64,000 bases of DNA from Eledone cirrhosa (GCA_964016885.1 OZ024749.1:48112001-48176000); one strand, 5' to 3'. Shown: positions 1 to 14,172, counted from the first letter of the stretch. Translations and numbers: made by a program. The notes: generated by a model not told the origin, from the sequence alone.

Positions 1-1080
1 AGAATTTATGTTTATTTAGAAATTTCATTATAGTTCTAAATTGATTGCGTTTTAATGGTAAAGCAACATTCTTGATTTATAGAAATATTACTTTGAAGAA
101 CTTGCTATCAGAGGCATTAACTGAAACCAACTCTATTTTATGTGTTCATACCAACAGTATTGTGTTTCTAAATGCATATACCTTTATATAAATGCACAGA
201 TATCAAAACTGTAAACTCAATAGATTTTCCTCAATGGATGAAGGCATATATATTTACAGAATAACGAGAATTTTTGTTCCTATATCCTGATATCTAAGAT
301 TGATATACTCGTTCGCTCTCCGTTTCTGCAGATACAATATTATCGTTTGAGCTTATGCGCCAGACAATTCGTGAATATGAAATCTCTGATAGCGTTGGAT
401 AATATTGAATCTTATCACAATGATTATCAATGCAGCTACAGTCAAGAATTTAAGGAGCGTTGTGAATGCGTGTATAAACATTCTTTCGACTAGTCAAATG
501 GATCACATTTTGTTTTATCATGATTATATTTGTCTGCATTACTATGCAAATTATTTTTTTGAGAGCTCGTAAATATTTTTCCTACATACATTATTATGTA
601 AATATGTAGAAGTTAAATTCGATTGCGCTGCAAATCAACTGAATCATAGTTATTATCTAATTATGATTGTATATTATATACGTTCCTGATTATGTATCCG
701 TTTGTGTTGAAGCTTAATGTTCAACTTATCAGAAGAGGAAATTACAGATCAAATAATTATGTCTAACATATATTATGTATTCTTGATTTGAAACTTTGAA
801 ATTTAATAAACGACCACTTGTAATTAATAAAAGCAAAGATTCGTATAATTATTTGTCAAGGAAAAACTAATCAGAATAAATACATATTATGATGAAACAC
901 GAGAGTATCTAAGAGGAATGGCAAATAAGAATATAAATTGCAATGAAACCATAATACTAATATTTCTTATAAGAAACGTTTCTCGGAAAGAATTGGCGAT
1001 GAAGTATATATAAAACGGAAAATATAGATCCCCCCCCCCAAAAAAAACACGATGATGAAAGAGCAGATATTAATAAATAT

Positions 1081-1081
1081 G

Positions 1082-1130
<49 letters not shown>

Positions 1131-1143
1131 TAGTAATAATAAT
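1081..1143. repeat. (TAA)n microsatellite
   Basis: Seen directly in sequence. Confidence 0.95.
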
Positions 1144-1260
1144 AGCGGTAAAAGTATTTAACGTATGAATATCATATAGATATATAACGTGTAAATATTA
1201 TGCACTACATCTAAACTACTGACTTGATTCCAGAAACAAATAAAAACTCTGTGTTTATAT

Positions 1261-1362
<102 letters not shown>

Positions 1363-1515
1363 TTGTGTGTATGTTTGTGTTCGTGGTTGTGTGACTGTGG
1401 GTATTGGTGTACATGTGTTTGAAGATTTTATGGCTTAGCATCCCAAATCATTGACTGATGATAAAAGAAAATATAAGAAAATATAAGAAACGTATATATG
1501 CATATATATATATAA

Positions 1516-1598
<83 letters not shown>

Positions 1599-1764
1599 CA
1601 TGAGGTAAATGGATTATCATAAAAACCGTGATGAATGATTGCTTTGGGATTTGCGTGGAACCATGAGGATTATGATGAATATATATATTGAATGATGATC
1701 ATAATAATAAGGACAACAATAACCAAAGTTTCTATAGAAGCTATAGGATAAAATGTGGTTTTAC

Positions 1765-1806
1765 CTTCAAGCTCAGAATTTTCTCTACGGGATTGGGTAC
1801 TGAGGA
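1765..1806 (-). CDS. NLGN: Candidate 42-nt neuroligin cassette microexon at the splice-site-B-equivalent position
   Basis: Polypyrimidine acceptor tttttttctttctttcag|, donor GAAG|gtaaaa. Length is a multiple of 3, phase 1/1, and it is open in the frame of the upstream exon: VLSTQSRRENSELE. Confidence 0.6.
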
Positions 1807-2319
1807 CTGAAAGAAAGAAAAAAACATCGGCCATCTTGAAGCTATTCTTTTACATAGCATCAAGCACGGGCAACTGACATCCACTTCCGGTTTGCCGCAG
1901 TTATTTGTCTTGACATATTTGCCAATTCTCTTCCATTTTTCTTTGCAATAAACCACACTCTTCGTGTCATTTCAGATTGTTTTCAATCTTCTCTATAGAA
2001 AATATTTCATTCAAATCTAACACTTAGCTGTATTTCATAAATTAATAATATATAATCTTTAACTTTATAATATTGGATGCTTTTTCTTTCAATATAATTT
2101 TATATTATGTGCTAAAAATATAGAAAAATGGAATTATTTTCTTTTAGCATGAAGAGATCAAATTATTTAAGCAAATATTGCACATATTTAAATGAATTTT
2201 GTTTTCCATTAAAATCTCTCTTGACTATAATTAGGTGATAACCACGTTCTAGTCTACACTTATGAATGCATCCACGTGGTTACTTTAATTGATTATAGAA
2301 ATTATGCATATATAAATAA

Positions 2320-2340
2320 CTATATACATTTATATATATA

Positions 2341-2376
<36 letters not shown>

Positions 2377-2515
2377 GTATATATATATATATATATATAT
2401 ATACATAAATATGTATGTATATATATATATATATATAAATACATATATATAAATATACATATATTTATATAAATATATATATATATATACATATATGTAT
2501 ATATATATATATGTA

Positions 2516-2587
<72 letters not shown>

Positions 2588-2601
2588 CATATATATATAC
2601 G

Positions 2602-2679
<78 letters not shown>

Positions 2680-2709
2680 AATATACATACATATATATTT
2701 ATATATATA

Positions 2710-2789
<80 letters not shown>

Positions 2790-2795
2790 TATATA
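2320..2795. repeat. Long interrupted (TA)n microsatellite, representative of dozens (e.g. 1256-1360, 9316-9533, 14450-15240, 22200-23125, 23460-23930, 42170-43800)
   Basis: Seen directly in sequence; source of the poly-YI ORFs. Confidence 0.95.
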
Positions 2796-3509
2796 AGCAT
2801 AATCTACATGTTTCATGCTATTGTCTTATTATTTAAATCTGAAGTTCTCGTTTGATATTTTTTTTTTCATTTTTTTTCATTTAATATATATAACAATCTC
2901 AATTTATTGACAACCGGTGACTGAAATAATAAATAGGATTTTGAGAGAAGGTTGAGTAGAAAAGAAATCGCTTTGCCAGTGTTGAAAAAAGATTGTCAGT
3001 TTTTCATTTTTTCTTTTTTTTTCTTCGGTGAAAGATTCAGAGGTGATAACTTGCAGTAGAATTTCAGTGAGAGAGATAGGGAGAGATAGATTTTCTTAAA
3101 GGTTTCGAGGAAGAGAGAGAGTATATCCGAAAAAAATATTCGGTGCGCAGGAGATTATGTAAAAAACTCAATTCGCAATATATGAAAAAAAAAAAAAATG
3201 TTTTATTCAATGTTACAAATTCACTGAACATTCAACTCAATATCAACCTATATTTTATATCTTATATATATAAGTATACTTTCTTAAAAGTACTATATTT
3301 CTGAATATATGAAAGCGGTTCTAACCACAAAAGTAAGGAGATATAAATCTAAAAGTTAAAATATCTAGGGAGATAAGATTATATATTTATGTACATAAAT
3401 ACATACATACACACAAGGACACACACGCATCACCACACACACTCTCCCTCTCTCTCACACACACCCACGCAAACACACACACACACACACATACACATAT
3501 ATATATATA

Positions 3510-3577
3510 GATGAAGCACGTTAATGCATTGTATGAATATATATATATATTCATACAATACATTAACGTGCTTCATC
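3510..3577. repeat. Inverted repeat, 28-bp arms around a short (TA)n
   Basis: gatgaagcacgttaatgcattgtatgaa / ttcatacaatacattaacgtgcttcatc, one mismatch. Confidence 0.9.
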
Positions 3578-4316
3578 GCCTAAAGAAAACTCACAATTTT
3601 ACAGAACATTAGTTACGCACGTGCCCAGATGCACATAATGTCATGCATAGCTAGTTGTGCGTTTCTAAGTATACATAGATAGACAGGAATTATATATGTA
3701 TACATATACTTACACCACACGTGTGTATGTATATACTCCAAGTATTAACCCTGTTAATATACAGGAGACACTACAGATTTCAAAGTAACATGGCCTTATT
3801 GATGAATACGTTTATTAATGTCAACAAACGTCGTTTATATATTGCTGATATCTCTGATGCTTATGAGATGCTGAATGGGGAAAGTCAATAGAAAGTATGT
3901 TGCGCTCCCACACGGATATGCGAGAATATAACCTATGAAATAGATTGAAAAAACTGTAAGACGGAAAAAGATGCTGCCATTGGCCGTTTTTAAGAATAGA
4001 AGCTGAGAAATCTTAGAAACATGCTAGGAGCTGCCTGAGAGATATAGGGTTTGATTGCTCACTGCGGCCGATGACAACTAACTTTTCCGTCTTTAAGGCC
4101 ATTCCCACTTTGTGTAGGTTATATTAAACATTTCTAGCATCTCCGTTCGGGAGCACACCATTCATATATTAATATTTCTAAATCATTCTTCCAAAAATAT
4201 AGCCATCCCGATATATATTTATATATAGTGTTATATCGTTCCCTAAGTATGTGGTATACGATATCAGTATTTATATGTTCAGACACAGTAAATATGTTGC
4301 CATTTGCATTATCATT

Positions 4317-4424
4317 TGTCCACAGAACATAATCATACGTAGAGAAATATTGCCAGACTTGCTTGAACCTGTCCACAGAACATAATCATACGTAGAGAAA
4401 TATTGCCAGACTTGCTTGAACCTG
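4317..4424. repeat. Perfect 53-bp tandem duplication
   Basis: tgtccacagaacataatcatacgtagagaaatattgccagacttgcttgaacc occurs twice. Confidence 0.95.
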
Positions 4425-4651
4425 AGCAATCTTTAAGTGAATACAGTGCCATACGATTTTTTTGATAATTATTAAGACAATGGTGATAAGAAATGTTAAT
4501 GTTATCTTCCCCCTGACGTTTCTCACTTTAAATATTTAATATTTGTCAATATATCAAACTAAGGGAATTATCTTCTTGATATTTCTTTTGTAGTTAAATA
4601 AGGCATGATAAAACAGCAATGATAATAATAAGAAGAATAACGATAATAATA

Positions 4652-4772
4652 GTTGTTTCTATGTTTGACACAAGGCCAGCGATTTGAAGGGAAGAGGAAA
4701 GTCAACTATATCGACTGTATTATTTAACCGGTACTTAACCGACACCGGAAAGGTAAAATACAAATTTGAACT
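4652..4772 (-). mobile_element. Diverged partial SINE, family 1
   Basis: ttgtttctatgtttgacacaaggccagc ... ggtaaaatacaaatttgaact resembles the SINE 3' half. Confidence 0.55.
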
Positions 4773-6261
4773 AGTCATAGGAATTTAGAACTAAATTCTA
4801 ACACTCGAGCCTATCAGAATAATATGCACTGCAGCAACACTGTCATACACGCTACTGTCATGTGTCCTTGCATTACTGACATGCAGCCTTAATTTTGAAG
4901 TGAAGTCTCGTTGTGTTAATATCTATGTAGGGCTTGGTGTAGGACTGCACATTCCTCTTACTGTATTACAGTAGTCGGGTTTATTTGGTTTTGCACTTTA
5001 TATTGCTGTTTGTTCTATATGATGTGCGTTATGTGAGATTGTATTTTATTCTTGAACCAGTTAATCTGTGTTAATTGTGCTGATGAATTGTCTTTGTTGA
5101 ATACTGAGTAGACTGTGAACATTGTTTTACCTAATATGTGCTATTGAATTAATAATAACATGCGCAGGTTGACGGCTGTCACTATCAAATATATGTTTTG
5201 AATACTGTATACCGTTCTGAACTGTAATATGTCTGTTGTGTTCATAATTCTTTTTATCATCACCTCTGCCCCTGTCTCTTAAATAATTGTGATATCTGTC
5301 AATGGGCATACGTTATTTCCCCCAGTCCTTCATTAATATATCTGAACTGTTTGTCTCGATTTCATATTCAGTCTGTTTTGGCATATGCCAGAATGTATGG
5401 TAATGTTGTTTTCATTTACATTGTTTCGTACATGTTTATATGTGTTGTCTGATTTAACGCCCGACGCTTGCCAACGCAATAATGTATGTAAATATATTCT
5501 GATTTGGCAAGAATGTGCAGCCACATATGATCTGGATGACTGTCTCATAGAATTAGATGCTTATTATTTATTCGGTGTTAGGATTAGCTTTGATTATTTG
5601 AATTACTTGTGACCAGATGTTGGAGGTGACTGCAACACTCAAAGCCTCCGTTCCACTTTAAGTCTGGAGCTTCTATGACATTGCTGACATTAGCTTTATC
5701 TTATTTCTGTGTCGAGGCTTGCAGAGCATTGCTGTGCTCATTTTGTTTTCCTTTCTATTGTATATATATATTTATATATATATATATATATAAATGTTTC
5801 GAGGCTGTTGTCATTTACCTTAATTAGTGATTTGATTATACAAGGTGTTTGATTTTACACCGATAAATTAGCATATTGCCAAGTTGATAAAACTGACAGC
5901 ACCATCGTGTTTGTGAATATCTTCTGACTGCAAGAATGGTCAGCCATATATGTATTAATCATGACTTGATTTTTGCAATGTCGTATTGCGGGGACTGTTT
6001 CCAATATTTTCAACGTTCTGGAGGTGTTCTGTCAACGTCTGAAGAGCACCAATCACAATTGATTACCAATCATGCATTCATATACTACATTCTCTCGACA
6101 TCTATTCTCAAGTCGACATTCTTTACGATTCTTTATCATTAATGTAATCGTCTCCAAGGATAGCTTAAACGATCAACAAACACCTTCTTCCAGTAACTTT
6201 CTCAACCAAAGATATGTCTAGCCTTGTATTTTCAAAAACTCTATTATTATCATCATCATTG

Positions 6262-6552
6262 TGGCAGGTGGATTGGCAGTATCGGTAGAGGGTCGGACGT
6301 CATGCTTTCCAGCATAGTTACGTCCCTTTACGATCTGAGTTCAAATCCAGCCGAGGTTAACTTTGCCTTTCATCCTTACGGGGTCGATAAAATAAAGTAC
6401 CAGTAATGCACTGGGTAATTTCTGGCCTTGTGCTAATAGTAGAAACAATTATCATCATCATTATTATGCCTTTCATCCTTACGGGGTCGATAAAATAAAG
6501 TACCAGTAATACACTGGGTAATTGCTGGCCTTGTGCCAACAGTAGAAACAAT
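6262..6552 (+). mobile_element. tRNA-derived SINE, family 1, with tandem duplication of its 3' half, followed by (TTA/TAA)n
   Basis: A-box TGGCAGTATCGG, B-box GAGTTCAAATC, core GCCTTTCATCCTTACGGGGTCGATAAAATAAAGTACCAG, tail ggccttgtg..agtagaaacaat. About a dozen copies in the window. Confidence 0.85.
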
Positions 6553-6615
6553 TATTATGATTAATATTAATATTAATATTATTATTATTATTATTACCAT
6601 TATTATTATTACTAT

Positions 6616-6690
<75 letters not shown>

Positions 6691-8410
6691 TATTATCACT
6701 ATTATTGTTATTTGAGTCTCAGTCATTGATGTTATTTAACTGGAAAGTTTGTTGAAATGAATATCAAGCCATTACCTGCAGCCTCAGATATTCAGGATGC
6801 ATATTATTATTATTATTACTATTATTATTATTATTATTATTATTATTAGTATTACTATTATTATTATTATTATTATTATTAGTATTATGATTATTATTAT
6901 TATTATTATTATTATTATTTTGTTGTATTGTTGAAGCAGACGTATTTATGTATTGTTCAAGTATTCATCATGTCTCTTATCATTTATTTAACTAGAATAG
7001 ATTTCCATAGGTGGATAGCAATTACTATATTAATTTCAACGTATCAATTTTGTTTTATTGCAATTAAGATGAGATTGAATCATTCTGTTAACTCCCAGGA
7101 TGTACTGGAAACCAGGTAAACATATCAAGGAAAATGTTCATGCAGATGTTGTCGAGAACTTTAGTTTGCTGACGGAGAGACACTAACAATGATTTAAATC
7201 TATGAATGATATGAGCAAATGACACGGTAAGCGTCAGTTACCTAGCGCTCACTACGTGGGAAATATCCAATATCCAGTTCTATTAGAGTGGATGGAATTG
7301 ACCGAGTGCTATCTAAACTAATGATAAAACAGTAGGATCACACATATCACTAAGAAACTTATTTGAAATGAGCTCCTTATAGCGATCCAGCTTATAATTA
7401 CAACAACCACTATTTTAACAGTGATGCTAGAACCAGGGTCTTTATATAAGGTATCAGATATATTTCAAGAGCTGAGATAACACCTTTAGCATAACTTGGC
7501 TGCATTATACCCTAGTAAAGGGATTGGAATTATCTTCAGCGGTGGTTACTAAAAGTATTTCATTAAGGATAGGTGTATTCGGACATAACTTCGAACACAA
7601 ATGCCACGATAGTTAAGTTAATAATAGCTTCATTGATTATGCCACAAATAAGTTAATACCTTATTTGTAGTATTTTCTCTCTTTTCCCCTCTCTCGTTTT
7701 CTCAAATTAGACATATACGCAGTTTTGTGTATGTGTCTGTCGTACGGAAGAATATATGTATTTATGGAATATGAATGCGCCGAGAGAAGCGCAAGAGAGA
7801 ACTCCCTAAATATTGTTAGGACATAATTTTAGAACGAAAGTTCTGATGTAAAACCTGCGAATACAGCATCAAAATGATGTCAATATGGTCTTAATTTTGG
7901 ATACCTTCCATGGTTGTTCAATAGTGTGATTGGTTCATTGCACTTAAATCATATACAAGCACAAGCATCATGTGTGTTGCGTAAGCATGCCCTTTTCTAT
8001 TGTTGTTCGCTGCAATCACATGCATAATGTAATCTAAGTCATTGGCAGAACTAAAAGTCTTGTTCGTGCCTCCCATATATGAGGAACAGATTAAGGCAAG
8101 GCATTTCACCGAAATCCAGCCATTATTTATGCATTTAGATATGTATGAATGTATCAATGCATGCATGTATGTATATACATCTATATAAATGTATGAATCA
8201 ATGAATGTATGTATGTATTCAACGATATGTGAATTCTGAAGATCTAGGAGTTTACATCTCATGCAAGGTTGCTTCAGGCGTTTTAATAAATTTACCAGCA
8301 TCATAAAAGGTTGCATGTTATTGAAAAAAAAAAATCTAGTTCAGTGTAGGTATCTTACCACGACTATAAGACTAATTATTAAAAGAGATATTTCATCACA
8401 CACACACACA

Positions 8411-8450
<40 letters not shown>

Positions 8451-8523
8451 AACAAACACACCCACACATACACTCACACACTCACACTCATTCTCACACA
8501 CCCATACACAAAAAAACTCCCAT

Positions 8524-8562
<39 letters not shown>

Positions 8563-9313
8563 CATATGTATATAATTTACATGTATCAAATGATATGTAT
8601 CATGGATATGAAAAAAAAAATGTTTCTAGTGATTAAAATTACTTTTACTCGTACATCCAAAAACTAATGATATATTTTTTACTCAAGATTGGCGACTGTA
8701 TACCCTCATTCACGTTTATTACATTTATGATTATCACATTTATACCGGATTATTTATATCAATATTAAACGATTGTGCTAAGTAAACACCCGGGAGGTAA
8801 ATGAAAACAGTAAATCTAATATTGGGCGAAACATTTTTTTTCATATGTTATATTATTCGAGATTCAGTAATGATATATATGGTATTATTAAATTGTATAT
8901 AATATAGACGAGAATACATTAACTACATTGTCTAAGTACACGCTATCAAGAAATATATGAAATTTATATCAGATATCTATAAATGGATACAAAAGTACCA
9001 AAGTTTAATTCCGTCTCTGACTAACGGCTGTACAATATCGTAAAGTGCATCACATTATGTAGCAAATGATGCTCTTTGAACTATTTCAAGTTCAGCGTAT
9101 TGCATTACATAGTGTAATATATTTAAGTTTTATTTTATGATTTGTTTAATTTCATTTTTGAGCGTAGATCCACATAACGTAATATTATTTCTTCAATATA
9201 CATAACGAAATATATGCAAACACACAAACATGCACGCACTTAAACATACACAAATACACGTACGCATATATTCACGCACTCAAACGTGCGCGCGCACACA
9301 CACACACATACAA

Positions 9314-9393
<80 letters not shown>

Positions 9394-9441
9394 TACAGAC
9401 ACACACACCACACATATATATATCATATGTATATATATGTA

Positions 9442-9564
<123 letters not shown>

Positions 9565-10859
9565 TAAGTATGAACACTATATATACAAACAAACCCCACG
9601 CAGATATATGTACACAGAGAATACAATCATACCATATGAGCATACCCTAATCATTCTAAACAATCATGCCCCGCCTACCAAACACACATTTATATATCTA
9701 TCCTATAATCATGTCTAAGGGAATAGGTACCAATGATAACATCTTACACGTTTTAATATCGCGGAATATAAGATACCATATATAAATAGATGTTAAACGA
9801 AATTAATATTTACTCTCAGAAATGCTAAAATATTTACACATAATATTTAATATCCTCATTCTCCCTAATCTTTATTTATCAAAGGAGTATCACTCCCCTT
9901 AAATTGTCCATGTTTTCCGAGTCATACTTAAAGACAGTGGTGTAACCAATACATGATATTACTCGGCATTAATGTCTCCTAAGCTATCTTCTGCAGATAT
10001 GGTTTTATTATCATCATCTCTGAGGACATTATCCCTAAAGCAAACACATTCGTAGAATCAAAACAAGAACTGGAAGTAGAAATATATATGCCTTACAGTT
10101 GTCGTTAACTCGCTATGTTCTGCTTTTAAATCCCAGCTGGATTTAGAAGGCATTTCGATTATACATATCGATACCATAGGTTACCATTAATACTACTATG
10201 TCACATATAATGCTAGACAGCCTAATCGACTGCATCCACCGCAATACCTGAATCGTATATATTTTATTAGTGCTGTAAAGATCAAAGTCAAAATTGAGGT
10301 CCGATGGGAGTTGATATTAGTAGCGGAAAGTAAGAAACTTCTTACTATCATATACTTTGACGGCTGTTTTTGAATCTGCATCCATTGCCCTCTTACATTT
10401 GATGGTATTGATTTCTCAAAGAAGCGTATTACTTCAAATTTGGTAGACCATTTTATCGACCATTCAATTACATCGTTAATATATCGACACCTGTTTATAT
10501 AATATTAATACCAAAATATGGACGTTCACTTTGCAGAGTTATTTAGAAGAACTCAGGCAAGACATGATTTAGCCATTCTACCATCATTCTTCGGTCGTTA
10601 TTTGTAATTCTATATTTAATCAAATCTTAATATATGAACTCTGAGCTATGATACATAGTGTCAAATGCTTGACGTTTTATTGACCATAATAGTTTAGCAG
10701 TAAAGATCAATCGTAATAAATTTGGTTAGAAGATGAGAATTGTCAATCCCATATATATAATATCACTCGATCGACAAGATCCCATACATCATTCGCTTAA
10801 AGATATAGGTGGAACTCGGAGCGAGGAAACAGTATTTAAATTAGTATTTACAATTGCTA

Positions 10860-11010
10860 ATACTATCTACCAGTCGCAAATCCAGGCAGAAAGAGCAATA
10901 TGCATTAAATTATCTTGCTCAAAGACATAATGCATCACCACTAGAGGATTTCGATCTCACAACCCCATGATTGCGAATTCAAAACTCCACTCAATCACGT
11001 GACTTCACCA
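10860..11010 (-). mobile_element. Diverged tRNA-derived SINE, family 2
   Basis: Minus strand cacgtgattgagtgg..gagatcgaaatcc..tgtctttgagcaagata resembles 45400-45680. Confidence 0.5.
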
Positions 11011-11529
11011 ATATATGCTGCCCACTAATTCTACAGTTATATAAGCCTCAATATATCAGGGAAATATTTTAAAGCATCTTAAATAAATAAACATTTTACA
11101 CATGCGTATGTGATGTTTAATAGGCATAAATGGTATATTAAATTAAATATTCCTATTTACGTATTTGCAAAATCCCCATAATATATCAATGAATTAATAA
11201 CATTAAAAAAACAACAGAAATGGGGAATGTTAATAGTGTGAAATAATATTTTTAAAACATTTTTAAATAATTATTTAATAAAAAAAAATATTTAATGTTA
11301 ATTTATTGCACAAGTTCCTAGAGGCGTTGAATTATCACTAGAACTACATAATGTTGCATGTGAGATCCGATATTATTATCATTTTAATTTTGAATATGGT
11401 GGGCTAAACTAGATTGGTTAATATATAAAATGTAAAAGTAACGCGAAAATAAATACAATAAAACATATGTTGAATCCCAGAAGACATTAACTATTCTAAT
11501 GGCTATATGTAATATATAATCAGCAAATC

Positions 11530-11571
11530 ACACACACACACATACATACACACACGCACGCACACACACAC

Positions 11572-11665
<94 letters not shown>

Positions 11666-11682
11666 CACACACACACACACAC
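11530..11682. repeat. (CA)n microsatellite
   Basis: Seen directly in sequence. Confidence 0.95.
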
Positions 11683-11699
11683 CTATATATATATGAATA

Positions 11700-11885
11700 A
11701 GAGGAATTCCAACTTTGTCTGATTTAGTCGTTTTATTTACAATCCTTTAAAATTTATAATGGTATTATAATGAAATAGTATGATAGAATATTAAATTCTA
11801 AGTGTTAATTGAACAAGTACTTTCATGCTTTCGCAATCTTCAGGTTCATGATATGTGGTGACAGTCGAGTTTGCAATTTTCAACT
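11700..11885 (-). mobile_element. HHR-bearing Penelope-like (pLTR-type) repeat, family A
   Basis: Inverted homolog of 29881-30065 containing an intact HHR motif. Confidence 0.75.
11810..11848 (-). ncRNA. Minimal type I hammerhead ribozyme motif
   Basis: UGAAC CUGAAGA U UGC GAAA GCA U GAAA G UA CUU GUUCA: 5-bp stem I, intact core, 3-bp stem II with GAAA tetraloop, palindromic stem III (AAGUACUU), CUU cleavage triplet. Confidence 0.8.
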
Positions 11886-12926
11886 GTGACAGTTGAATAG
11901 TTGTATTGAAATCTATTGTATCAACTTTCAATATATATACCCATAATGTTTTGTCGATCTAATACTTAGGTGGGGACCATATTCATTGTTAAGGACTGTC
12001 TTCAGCTACGAACTAGTATAAGCAAATATTATTCTTTTATATAATACCCGTAATATTTGACTTAGAAACATATCTGTGTTCATTATCCAGGAAATATGTC
12101 ATGGTGCATAAAATAAGGAAATATGACATATTTAATGATAGATAGATATTAAATGTAAAGATCATTTAAGAGCCATGTGTGCTAGCTTAAAAGTCGTATG
12201 CGCCACGAATAACATAGCTTCTTGACATTTGTCTTTAACGAAGTAATCTATATATAAAAAAAAATACTTTTGTTGAATCTTTAACACGTCATAAAAATAG
12301 TGTAACATTTTCGGTGTAATCTTTGAGAATTATTTATATAACTATGTTGAAAATGTCATTAGAAGTAACGCAATTTGGCATATTACTGAAAAACGTATTT
12401 TCTGCTTGTATAGGAAGTATTTAGCGTTTGTTATAACACATTATAAAATAACAAATGTACTTGAAAATACCATTATTGACTCGTTCTAAGATGTTTAACG
12501 TAATTATCATTTACTTTCGTTTCTTACAACCATCTAAATTATTTTCCTACTATACAAATACTAATGTACAATTTATACATTGTTCTATTTTTTCATATGT
12601 TACTCGCATAAATGTATAAAAAGAAGACAATATTAATTTTAGAGGCCTACACATTATTCCGGTGTATAAAAGATGTTTTAATATTCATGTATACTCATGA
12701 CATGAATCGTCTAAATTATCTTAAAATCTCCATTCTGTGTTTATGGTGAATGTACGAACCCAACGCTGTGTATGGTTGATTTTGCGAAGGACGACTTTTA
12801 TATGGTACTATAAAATCTGACGGAGCCTAAACGCTCCACATGTCTGAATGTGGTTGATTTCCTACAGAAAATGGTCAGACGGACAGAGAAAGGGGTTATA
12901 AAAAGAGTACGAAATATATATTCCAG

Positions 12927-13825
12927 GGCGGGTAAAATTCCCGAGATCCATGGACGAGTTCTCTCCAGCGGCCTCTGTCCCTCATTATCGTTGCCATGTC
13001 CTGCGTCTCCAACAGACCAGGGGCTGTTCTTAGGGCATCAACATGCGTTAACCTTGTTATTCCTCTTCCAGTGTCTCCATGTAGGGGCTCCCACAGGAGA
13101 ACTGAGTGCAATGTCAACTCTGGATATCGGTGAGCATGTCCAGTTAACCTCAGTCTCCTCTGTATCACTTTCGAGCTGACTTTTGGGAGGCTCCAATATA
13201 GCTCTGAGGTTTTCATCCACAGTGTATGCTGATTAATGTTCAGAGCCATACTCAGCCTTCTCGTGTAGCACCCATCCACCATCTGAGTGAGTTTCCTGGT
13301 CAGTGTCCAGGTCTCAGACCCGTACAGCAGCACAGACTCCACTACAGCAATGAAGAGGGGGATTGCAGGTATTTACGAAGGTCCGACTTCCACACCGATC
13401 TCAAGCTGTGGCACGCCGCCCGGGCTTTGCTCTTCCTCTCAACCACATCATCTTCCGTATTCCCAACCTTTGCTCCCAAATACAGGAAGTCATCAACCAA
13501 TTCTAGCGGCTTCCCGCCTACATTAGTGATCCCTTCTGGCTTCTCAATGTTCTCTATCAGATATTTTGTTTTAGTCTCATTCATTCTCAGCCCCACACTC
13601 ATCGACACAGTCTCAACCTCCTGCCTCAAATCCTCTGATTCCTTCACTGCATTTCTCACCAAAAATATATCGTCGGCAAATTCAGCATCCGATATCTTTT
13701 TCGCCTTAACTATCCTGCTCTGAGCCCGTTCTACAATAAAGCCAGAGTCTTGGTGTTTCTCCAGTACAAGGAGGTGCATACAATAGTCCACTACGATGAC
13801 GAATAGGTGAGGAGACAATGTTTCT

Positions 13826-13830
<5 letters not shown>
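12927..13830 (-). mobile_element. 5'-truncated RTE-clade LINE (RT C-terminal part and 3' end), frameshifted
   Basis: TLSPHLF..FADD..GLRMNETKTK..FLYLG, then ESVLLYGSETWTL..RRLRLTGH..LLWEP, typical of RTE ORFs. Split over two frames. Confidence 0.9.
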
Positions 13831-13868
<38 letters not shown>

Positions 13869-13873
<5 letters not shown>

Positions 13874-13949
13874 GATGACAGAGTTCTTTGAGATACTGTC
13901 TGGAGTACTCCAGGGAGATACATTGTCTCCTCATCATCTTCCGTATTCC

Positions 13950-13952
<3 letters not shown>
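13869..13952 (+). mobile_element. Inverted RTE fragment (DGMTEFFEILSGVLQGDTLSPH) with an internal strand switch
   Basis: RT motif GVLQGDTLSP on +. The last 21 bp equal 13446-13466. Confidence 0.8.
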
Positions 13953-14013
<61 letters not shown>

Positions 14014-14024
14014 TATATACATAT

Positions 14025-14172
14025 GGGAACAAGTAGGACCCCGTGGGCTGAGCTCAAACCGTTTCGACGGCTAATTCTGGATTAATTAGTCCAGAATTAC
14101 TCACTCTACTACCATAAGTAATGAGTAATGTGCGTTATGGTCAATCTGGTTCCTTACCACATTTCCCTCGTT

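Noticed and set aside
4960-5830. Possible degraded Penelope ORF on the minus strand (CP..DDKKNY..)
   Set aside because: Too degraded to support without alignment
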